A stretch of 44,394 nucleotides of DNA from assembly GCA_032718475.1 (NCBI GenBank), contig JAUCBJ010006304.1:1-44394 (forward strand). Direction: 5' to 3'. Every line of letters starts with the position of its first letter. Position 1 is the first letter of the stretch. The translations under genes were made by a program, and so were the position numbers. Of this stretch, positions 27,801 through 37,460 are shown piece by piece. The notes below the pieces were generated by a model. The model was not told the origin of the DNA. It made no database searches and worked only from the letters and a program-made list of their open reading frames with translations. This stretch comes from Nemertoderma westbladi (lineage: Eukaryota; Animalia; Xenacoelomorpha).

Positions 27801-30800
27801 CTCTATATAAACGATCTCCCGCAAGGAGGAGTTCTCTCGCCCTTATTGTTTCTACTCTATATAAACGATCTCCCGCAAGGAGGAGTTCTCTCGCCCTTAT
27901 TGTTTCTACTCTATATAAACGATCTCCCACAAGGAGGAGTTCTCTCGCCCTTATTGTTTCTACTCTATATAAACGATCTCCCGCAAGGATGAGTTCTCTC
28001 GCCCTTATTGTTTCTACTCTATATAAACGATCTCCCGCAAGGAGGAGTTCTCTCGCCCTTATTGTATCTACTCTATATAAACGATCTCCCACAAGGAGGA
28101 GTTCTCTCGCCCTTATTGTTTCTACTCTATATAAACGATCTCCCGCAAGGAGGAGATCTCTCGCCCTTATTGTTTCTACTCTATATAAACGATCTCCCGC
28201 AAGGATGAGTTCTCTCGCCCTTATTGTTTCTACTCTATATAAACGATCTCCCGCAAGGAGGAGTTCTCTCGCCCTTATTGTTTCTACTCTATATAAACGA
28301 TCTCCAGCAAGGAGGAGTTCTCTCGCCCTTATTGTTTCTACTCTATATAAACGATCTCCCGCAAGGAGGAGTTCTCTCGCCCTTATTGTTTCTACTCTAT
28401 ATAAACGATCTCCCGCAAGGAGGAGTTCTCTCGCCCTTATTGTTTCTACTCTATATAAACGATCTCCCGCAAGGAGGAGTTCTCTCGCCCTTATTGTTTC
28501 TACTCTATATAAACGATCTCCCGCAAGGAGGAGTTCTCTCGCCCTTATTGTTTTTACTCTATATAAACGATCTCCCGCAAGGAGGAGTTCTCTCGCCCTT
28601 ATTGTTTCTACTCTATATAAACGATCTCCCACAAGGAGGAGTTCTCTCGCCCTTATTGTTTCTACTCTATATAAACGATCTCCCGCAAGGAGGAGTTCTC
28701 TCGCCCTTATTGTTTCTACTCTATATAAACGATCTCCCGCAAGGAGGAGTTCTCTCGCCCTTATTGTTTCTACTCTATATAAACGATCTCCCGCAAGGAG
28801 GAGTTCTCTCGCCCTTATTGTTTCTACTCTATATAAACGATCTCCCGCAAGGAGGAGTTCTCTCGCCCTTATTGTTTCTACTCTATATAAACGATCTCCC
28901 ACAAGGAGGAGTTCTCTCGCCCTTATTGTTTCTACTCTATATAAACGATCTCCCGCAAGGAGGAGTTCTCTCGCCCTTATTGTTTCTACTCTATATAAAC
29001 GATCTCCCGCAAGGAGGAGTTCTCTCGCCCTTATTGTTTCTACTCTATATAAACGATCTCCCGCAAGGAGGAGTTCTCTCGCCCTTATTGTTTCTACTCT
29101 ATATAAACGATCTCCCGCAAGGAGGAGTTCTCTCGCCCTTATTGTTTCTACTCTATATAAACGATCTCCCGCAAGGAGGAGTTCTCTCGCCCTTATTGTT
29201 TCTACTCTATATAAACGATCTCCCGCAAGGAGGAGTTCTCTCGCCCTTATTGTTTCTACTCTATATAAACGATCTCCCGCAAGGAGGAGTTCTCTCGCCC
29301 TTATTGTTTCTACTCTATATAAACGATCTCCCGCAAGGAGGAGTTCTCTCGCCCTTATTGTTTCTACTCTATATAAACGATCTCCCGCAAGGAGGAGTTC
29401 TCTCGCCCTTATTGTTTCTACTCTATATAAACGATCTCCCGCAAGGAGGAGTTCTCTCGCCCTTATTGTTTCTACTCTATATAAACGATCTCCCGCAAGG
29501 AGGAGTTCTCTCGCCCTTATTGTTTCTACTCTATATAAACGATCTCCCACAAGGAGGAGTTCTCTCGCCCTTATTGTTTCTACTCTATATAAACGATCTC
29601 CCGCAAGGAGGAGTTCTCTCGCCCTTATTGTTTCTACTCTATATAAACGATCTCCCGCAAGGAGGAGTTCTCTCGCCCTTATTGTTTCTACTCTATATAA
29701 ACGATCTCCCGCAAGGAGGAGTTCTCTCGCCCTTATTGTTTCTACTCTATATAAACGATCTCCCGCAAGGAGGAGTTCTCTCGCCCTTATTGTTTCTACT
29801 CTATATAAACGATCTCCCAGCAAGGAGGAGTTCTCTCGCCCTTATTGTTTCTACTCTATATAAACGATCTCCCGCAAGGAGGAGTTCTCTCGCCCTTATT
29901 GTTTCTACTCTATATAAACGATCTCCCGCAAGGAGGAGTTCTCTCGCCCTTATTGTTTCTACTCTATATAAACGATCTCCCGCAAGGAGGAGTTCTCTCG
30001 CCCTTATTGTTTCTACTCTATATAAACGATCTCCCGCAAGGAGGAGTTCTCTCGCCCTTATTGTTTCTACTCTATATAAACGATCTCCCGCAAGGAGGAG
30101 TTCTCTCGCCCTTATTGTTTCTACTCTATATAAACGATCTCCCGCAAGGAGGAGTTCTCTCGCCCTTATTGTTTCTACTCTATATAAACGATCTCCCGCA
30201 AGGAGGAGTTCTCTCGCCCTTATTGTTTCTACTCTATATAAACGATCTCCCGCAAGGAGGAGTTCTCTCGCCCTTATTGTTTCTACTCTATATAAACGAT
30301 CTCCCGCAAGGAGGAGTTCTCTCGCCCTTATTGTTTCTACTCTATATAAACGATCTCCCGCAAGGAGGAGTTCTCTCGCCCTTATTGTTTCTACTCTATA
30401 TAAACGATCTCCCGCAAGGAGGAGTTCTCTCGCCCTTATTGTTTCTACTCTATATAAACGATCTCCCGCAAGGAGGAGTTCTCTCGCCCTTATTGTTTCT
30501 ACTCTATATAAACGATCTCCCGCAAGGAGGAGTTCTCTCGCCCTTATTGTTTCTACTCTATATAAACGATCTCCCGCAAGGAGGAGTTCTCTCGCCCTTA
30601 TTGTTTCTACTCTATATAAACGATCTCCCGCAAGGAGGAGTTCTCTCGCCCTTATTGTTTCTACTCTATATAAACGATCTCCCGCAAGGAGGAGTTCTCT
30701 CGCCCTTATTGTTTCTACTCTATATAAACGATCTCCCGCAAGGAGGAGTTCTCTCGCCCTTATTGTTTCTACTCTATATAAACGATCTCCCGCAAGGAGG

Positions 30801-33635
30801 AGTTCTCTCGCCCTTATTGTTTCTACTCTATATAAACGATCTCCCGCAAGGAGGAGTTCTCTCGCCCTTATTGTTTCTACTCTATATAAACGATCTCCCG
30901 CAAGGAGGAGTTCTCTCGCCCTTATTGTTTCTACTCTATATAAACGATCTCCCGCAAGGAGGAGTTCTCTCGCCCTTATTGTTTCTACTCTATATAAACG
31001 ATCTCCCGCAAGGAGGAGTTCTCTCGCCCTTATTGTTTCTACTCTATATAAACGATCTCCCGCAAGGAGGAGTTCTCTCGCCCTTATTGTTTCTACTCTA
31101 TATAAACGATCTCCCGCAAGGAGGAGTTCTCTCGCCCTTATTGTTTCTACTCTATATAAACGATCTCCCGCAAGGAGGAGTTCTCTCGCCCTTATTGTTT
31201 CTACTCTATATAAACGATCTCCCGCAAGGAGGAGTTCTCTCGCCCTTATTGTTTCTACTCTATATAAACGATCTCCCGCAAGGAGGAGTTCTCTCGCCCT
31301 TATTGTTTCTACTCTATATAAACGATCTCCCGCAAGGAGGAGTTCTCTCGCCCTTATTGTTTCTACTCTATATAAACGATCTCCCGCAAGGAGGAGTTCT
31401 CTCGCCCTTATTGTTTCTACTCTATATAAACGATCTCCCGCAAGGAGGAGTTCTCTCGCCCTTATTGTTTCTACTCTATATAAACGATCTCCCGCAAGGA
31501 GGAGTTCTCTCGCCCTTATTGTTTCTACTCTATATAAACGATCTCCCGCAAGGAGGAGTTCTCTCGCCCTTATTGTTTCTACTCTATATAAACGATCTCC
31601 CGCAAGGAGGAGTTCTCTCGCCCTTATTGTTTCTACTCTATATAAACGATCTCCCGCAAGGAGGAGTTCTCTCGCCCTTATTGTTTCTACTCTATATAAA
31701 CGATCTCCCGCAAGGAGGAGTTCTCTCGCCCTTATTGTTTCTACTCTATATAAACGATCTCCCGCAAGGAGGAGTTCTCTCGCCCTTATTGTTTCTACTC
31801 TATATAAACGATCTCCCGCAAGGAGGAGTTCTCTCGCCCTTATTGTTTCTACTCTATATAAACGATCTCCCGCAAGGAGGAGTTCTCTCGCCCTTATTGT
31901 TTCTACTCTATATAAACGATCTCCCGCAAGGAGGAGTTCTCTCGCCCTTATTGTTTCTACTCTATATAAACGATCTCCCGCAAGGAGGAGTTCTCTCGCC
32001 CTTATTGTTTCTACTCTATATAAACGATCCCCCGCAAGGAGGAGTTCTCTCGCCCTTATTGTTTCTACTCTATATAAACGATCTCCCGCAAGGAGGAGTT
32101 CTCTCGCCCTTATTGTTTCTACTCTATATAAACGATCTCCCGCAAGGAGGAGTTCTCTCGCCCTTATTGTTTCTACTCTATATAAACGATCCCCCGCAAG
32201 GAGGAGTTCTCTCGCCCTTATTGTTTCTACTCTATATAAACGATCTCCCACAAGGAGGAGTTCTCTCGCCCTTATTGTTTCTACTCTATATAAACGATCC
32301 CCCGCAAGGAGGAGTTCTCTCGCCCTTATTGTTTCTACTCTATATAAACGATCTCCCGCAAGGAGGAGTTCTCTCACCCTTATTGTTTCTACTCTATATA
32401 AACGATCCCCCGCAAGGAGGAGTTCTCTCGCCCTTATTGTTTCTACTCTATATAAACGATCTCCCGCAAGGAGGAGTTCTCTCGCCCTTATTGTTTCTAC
32501 TCTATATAAACGATCCCCCGCAAGGAGGAGTTCTCTCGCCCTTATTGTTTCTACTCTATATAAACGATCTCCCGCAAGGAGGAGTTCTCTCGCCCTTATT
32601 GTTTCTACTCTATATAAACGATCTCCCGCAAGGAGGAGTTCTCTCGCCCTTATTGTTTCTACTCTATATAAACGATCTCCCGCAAGGAGGAGTTCTCTCG
32701 CCCTTATTGTTTCTACTCTATATAAACGATCTCCCACAAGGAGGAGTTCTCTCGCCCTTATTGTTTCTACTCTATATAAACGATCTCCCGCAAGGAGGAG
32801 TTCTCTCGCCCTTATTGTTTCTACTCTATATAAACGATCTCCCGCAAGGAGGAGTTCTCTCGCTCTTATTGTTTCTACTCTATATAAACGATCTCCCGCA
32901 AGGAGGAGTTCTCTCGCCCTTATTGTTTCTACTCTATATAAACGATCTCCCGCAAGGAGGAGTTCTCTCGCCCTTATTGTTTCTACTCTATATAAACGAT
33001 CTCCCGCAAGGAGGAGTTCTCTCGCCCTTATTGTTTCTACTCTATATAAACGATCTCCCGCAAGGAGGAGTTCTCTCGCCCTTATTGTTTCTACTCTATA
33101 TAAACGATCTCCCGCAAGGAGGAGTTCTCTCGCCCTTATTGTTTCTACTCTATATAAACGATCTCCCGCAAGGAGGAGTTCTCTCGCTCTTATTGTTTCT
33201 ACTCTATATAAACGATCCCCCGCAAGGAGGAGTTCTCTCGCCCTTATTGTTTCTACTCTATATAAACGATCTCCCGCAAGGAGGAGTTCTCTCGCCCTTA
33301 TTGTTTCTACTCTATATAAACGATCTCCCGCAAGGAGGAGTTCTCTCTCCCTTATTGTTTCTACTCTATATAAACGATCTCCCTAACGCTACTTCCCTCT
33401 TATTCACACTATTTGCTGATCATTCGACGCTCGAAACAATATAACTACTCGAACCAATAATATAAATTCAGAACTAAATAACGTTGCTGACTTAAATAAC
33501 GTTGTCTCTCTTTGAATCGAAAAAAAAACTGAATCAACTATTTTCTCAAATGTATTAAAAAATCCCCAGGATACACTCAGGATTAATAATAAACCACCAA
33601 AACATCAAACTAACAAAATTCTTAGGAATCTATCC
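850..33635 (+). pseudogene. CR1/L2-type LINE reverse-transcriptase fragment split by the 54-bp satellite
   Basis: The left flank reads NKTVTCSIVLG-LPQGG in frame. The right flank continues in the RT frame as LPNATSLLFTLFADH (33379-33423; catalytic FADD degraded to FADH), then in broken frames INSELNNVAD (33462), LSLNRKK and TKFLGIY (33613-33633). This is the usual motif order of CR1/L2-type RTs. Confidence 0.85.
883..33383 (+). repeat. 54-bp satellite array, ~600 head-to-tail copies; consensus CTCCCGCAAGGAGGAGTTCTCTCGCCCTTATTGTTTCTACTCTATATAAACGAT
   Basis: Uninterrupted tandem repeat seen directly; 32,496 bp / 54 is about 602 units. Most units carry 0-1 differences from consensus, and a 51-bp variant lacks one GGA. 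Confidence 0.99.
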
Positions 33636-33649
33636 CAGTAAAAAAATCC

Positions 33650-33965
33650 CCATGCGTAACGCATTCGTGCCACATGCAGCATTTGTAAAAGGTGCGTGCA
33701 ATGTTATTTAAGATTCGTGAAGCCTTCGTCAATGGTTCGTCAGTCCGAATAATTTAACGAATGCGTATAGTATTCGTATCGCATGTGAGATTTCACTTGT
33801 AAATACATTCGTGGCTTATCATTCGTGGCACATGCGATACAAATGCTTCCACTCCTCACAAAAATAATTCGTGGTTCATTCGTTCGTGGCACATGCGATA
33901 CGAATGCTTAGCCGCGCCACGCTTAAAATTATTCGTGGTCCATTCCTGACGCATGCGATATGCGT
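33650..33965. repeat. Degenerate ~60-bp direct repeats with an inverted copy (possible non-autonomous DNA-transposon remnant)
   Basis: ATTCGTGG…CACATGCGATAC cores occur at 33829, 33890 and (degenerate) 33950. ATTCGTATCGCATGTG (33772-33787) is the exact reverse complement of CACATGCGATACGAAT (33890-33905). Confidence 0.6.
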
Positions 33966-34135
33966 GCAAAGCACTCAATTAGAGTACCGTACAAACTGTA
34001 ATACTGGCCAATCACAATTCGGCAAATAATCGAACATACAGTAGTGTTATTAGTTAGTAGCTCTCCCCCTTTGTTACCAGTCAGCCAGTCCCATGTACTT
34101 TTACTATATATTTATTCAATGGGTTGCCCCAAGAT

Positions 34136-35003
34136 TTAATGGGATCTACTTGGTCGAAATCCGTTTTGGCTCTTACGCAGTAGTTTCTCCATGTGAGGCC
34201 TAATCCTATATAGAATCATTTTATTGTATATTTTGGCAGCTACCACAAGCAGACAGATCCCACGATAGTTTGTTGGTATGCCGAGGTCTCCTTTCTTGGG
34301 GAGAGGCTTTAGTTGACCTTTAGTCCAAATTGGTGGTGGCTTTTCCCCTTTTAACATCCGGTTGCAAACATTCAATAATGGTCTGTTTAGCACTCCGGTT
34401 TTCCATACCTCCGCTGGGATTTAATCTAACCCACTCGCTTTATTATTGGACATGCTTTTAATGCTTCTTTGGAGTTCGACAGGTGTGTAGTCCCCTGTTT
34501 CTATAGGTAGTGTCTTGTCAGTTATTTTCCTTGTAGGGCTGACCTCGATGTTTGGTGGCTGCCCAAGCAAGTTGCTGAAGTGATTTGTCCACTTCACAAC
34601 ACGTTCTTCAGGACTATCGGCTTTGAGGCGCCCCTTTGCACAACTTTTCCGACCAGGTACCTCATTTACAGTTTGCCAGGTAAGTCTTGATTGTTGCTGT
34701 ATGTGAGCAGTTGTAATTGCTTCAGTTTTATCCTGTATGTACGTTTCCTGGCTGATGTTGTAGGCAAATTTATAATCGTCCTTAGCTTTCTTAACCTTGA
34801 TAATGTTTTCGGTTGTTGGTTGTTCGGTTTTAACTTTGTAGGCTATCTTAAGATCTTCTCTCTTACAAGTAACTTCAGAGTTTTGCCACGGCACATACTG
34901 TTTTTGTTTGGGTTTCTGGGGGATATGCCTCTTAGCTGATTCCTTGTGGGCTGTTATTATATTCTGGTATATTGAATCGGTAGATTGGTCTTCAGTTTGG
35001 ATT
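34136..35003 (-). mobile_element. RTE-type LINE ORF segment (endonuclease-RT linker and start of RT), inverted relative to the adjacent 3' segment
   Basis: One minus-strand frame with a single stop (34421-34423): QTEDQSTDSIYQNIITAHKESAKRHIP…VPWQN…KWTNHFSNLLG…NNKASGLD*IPAEVWK…PLPKKGDLGIPTNYRGICLLVVAAKIYNKMIL…SQNGFRPSRS. Confidence 0.9.
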
Positions 35004-35014
35004 GGACTTCATTG

Positions 35015-35647
35015 GACTTCTGTTACCTGGGATCATGGATCCGGAAGTCAGGTGAGGACCTTCGAATACGTAAGGGAAAGGCATGGACAACCTTGAATAG
35101 GCTTTCCAGGATTTGGAAGTCACCGAGAATTAATCGGAAACTTAAGGTCCGATTATTTAGAGCAGCAGTAGTTCCAGTACTCCTCTACGGGAGTCCATGC
35201 TGGGCTCTACCTGCTGAGGACACAAAATCTCTGGATGGCACATTCACAAGAATGCTAAGCCGGGTTCGTTGTGTCAAGTGCAGTGCACTCATCTCCAACC
35301 AGACACTATATAACATTGGAGGTGTCTCATTGGTCACCCAAGCTTGACACTAGAACAAAATCGCCTCCGCTTTGCAGGACATTGCTTTCGCCGTGAGGAC
35401 CAGCCAGTGCATAATCTCGTACTTTGGCAGCCTCATGGCGTGAATACACTGAATAAGCATGGTAGACAGCCCATGACTTTCTTTGGACGCATCTTAAAGG
35501 ACACTGGACAAGAAGATGTGGATGATCTAGCAAATGTCATGGATGATAGGGAGTTGTGGCGGTGCAATTTTGTCGATAAGCCGGCACAGCATTCTTAAAA
35601 ATGCAGCTGCAATGCAGCATGCCGATCCTAGTAGTTAGTAGTAGTAA
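35015..35647 (+). mobile_element. RTE-type LINE 3' segment with (TAG)n-like tail
   Basis: DFCYLGSWI…RIRKGKAW…KVRLFRAAVVPVLLYGSPCW…LDGTFTRML, a frameshift near 35345, then RLRFAGHCFR…LVLWQP…GRQP…MDDRELWR. The tail TAGTAGTTAGTAGTAGTAA lies at 35629-35647. Confidence 0.9.
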
Positions 35648-35740
35648 TGCACAATCATGGACTGCTTATATAGGCTCTGGTGCTGCGCGAAGCCCCACAA
35701 CGTGTTAATTTATGTTGCAATAGTCTACCGTTTTACTTAC

Positions 35741-36055
35741 CATTGTATAGAGTGCGGCATTAAAGTATCCTCTACACAGTAAACACTTTCGGTTTCTTCT
35801 ATGATTTGTTCCGCAACCATGGCAACGTAATACATTACTGCCTAACTGATTATCAAATGGACCAGTTCTATGGAAGTCTTCATCACTTTCTGGCAGTCGT
35901 GACTGCAGGTTAGTCGGACAGTTGTTGTCACGGATACATTCAGTTGGTCTGACGTTGTTTCTTAAAGGAATCTGGGTGGACGGACATACGCCATTCAGTG
36001 GATGTTGTGGAATCGCGTATATTCGTACTCGCATAGGTGAACATCCACTCCACAT
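35741..36055 (-). CDS. Candidate first coding exon (105 codons) of an unidentified gene, with a CxxC-x10-CxxC motif
   Basis: ATG-initiated open frame in more GC-rich DNA than its AT-rich upstream flank. A consensus donor ATG|GTAAGT lies at 35741/35740 (phase 0), and promoter-like motifs lie about 400-530 bp upstream. No protein family recognised. Confidence 0.4.
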
Positions 36056-36445
36056 TATTAGCGTCGATGTAATTAAATTGCAATACTTTTAATTAAAGTT
36101 GATCGAGCTCGCTCGAACTAGTGCTAGTAGTAATAAAGTATTTATATATAAAGAGAAAATATCCAAATTGATGACAAATTCAATACTTATTTTGAATTAG
36201 TACGTTTATTATTGGCCAACACTAATTCAGTATGTTTTTAGCACGATTCAGACACGGTATATCAACAGGTAATTTTTAATTACACGTAAAAAACTATGTA
36301 ATGTGATATTGCCTCAATTTCCAACTACATCTGTGAATTTAAAGTTTTGTACAATAAAGTTTGATTTCTGGTTGCAAAATTTGTCGGAGTAACAGAAAGT
36401 AGCTCTTGGGCTTCAAAAATTAGGTTATACATAGACGACATGTAC

Positions 36446-36585
36446 GTTGCTATGGAGATAATTAATTGAATAAATGTGAGTTACGAGACCGTCATTACTA
36501 TTACTGCGTAACAACATGGCGCTAAGCCAATAGAAACTACTTTAACACTTGCGGCAGCAATGCATTGGTGAAACGGACCGGAAAC
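36446..36585. promoter_or_regulatory. Promoter-like motif cluster (RFX X-box, YY1-like, two CCAAT boxes, ETS-like)
   Basis: GTTGCTATGGAGAT at 36446-36459, CAACATGGCG at 36512-36521, CCAAT at 36527-36531, ATTGG at 36564-36568 and ACCGGAAAC at 36577-36585. Motif resemblance only. Confidence 0.45.
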
Positions 36586-37460
36586 TGACAGATCAAAGGG
36601 CCACGCCGTGTATCATTTTACTCAGAACTTACATTGTAAGTAAATATGGTATTAACACACTGATTTCGACGTGTAGTCGGAAGCAATTTGGAAAGAGGAA
36701 ATTGGTTTTGCCTTAAAGATACTGGTTTCCATCGCTCTAGGTGGGTAATTGGAACTAAAGGTCAACCAACTATAGTATAACATATAATACTGAAAGTCAA
36801 GGTACATGGACGGAATTAAACAGAACAATTTAAATAAAAAATGTATACTAATTGCAATTAATTGCTATTGAATGTCTGCTACACTACAATCAAGTTGATT
36901 TTGTTATAAGATGGATTGGCGTACCGGTACCCACTGCATTAACGGTTGTGATGTAATATTTACCGAATCAACTTTCGATTTCATTTTACTTTATAAATTC
37001 TTGTTAATTAAAAACTCTAGAGCTTTATAATTAATCGCAATTAAAAGGTAAAACACGAGCGTTTTAGCCTCCTCTACCACTACGAGATTACAACTGTAAT
37101 AACCTGTGATTCTACAAACGATATTATATAATAATGAGCATCTAATAAATGGATGAGATCATTAAATATCTCAAACTACATCACAATATTTTATAAATAT
37201 TGTATACTTGTATAATTTCTTTTTATCACACAATTATCATCCGTTTATACAGTTTTAAACTATTTAGTGACCGAAGTGGATGCACTGGATATAAGCATCT
37301 CGATTCTCCAATGTTAACATTTGAGAACCGAATTGCTGCTGTCTTGAATAATCAAGAATTTTATCTCTCTAGGGTTTTCTTGTTAGATGAGTCCTCGGTC
37401 TGTCTGCGTTGTTCTGCACTTACGGAATGACGGCTTGGGCCGCAGGTCCAACTACAACTA

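Noticed and set aside
883-33383. CRISPR array
   Set aside because: Units are contiguous with no unique spacers, there are no cas genes, and the context is eukaryotic (spliced tubulin, LINEs).
869-33444. Giant repetitive ORFs (up to 2688 aa) on both strands as real proteins
   Set aside because: The 54-bp unit is a multiple of 3 and stop-free in three of six frames, so long ORFs are automatic. Stops and frameshifts are scattered and propagated, and most listed starts are TTG/GTG.
883-33444. Group II intron, retron or DGR reverse transcriptase (PQGGVLSPLL resembles bacterial RT motifs)
   Set aside because: The continuation FLLYINDLPN…LFAD…INSEL…LSLN…TKFLGI is LINE-type, and no intron RNA, msr/msd or template/variable repeat pair is visible.
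34051-34060. TAGTTAGTAG matching 35632-35641 as a target-site duplication of the RTE element
   Set aside because: It is low-complexity, lies within the element's own tail on the right and is about 75 bp away from recognisable LINE sequence on the left.
34691-35533. ORFs 34691-34939, 34908-35096 and 35327-35533
   Set aside because: These are antisense or off-frame shadows of the RTE coding sequence.
37200-37430. 76-aa ORF before the 41-bp satellite
   Set aside because: It has a TTG start, no recognisable motif and no convincing splice context.
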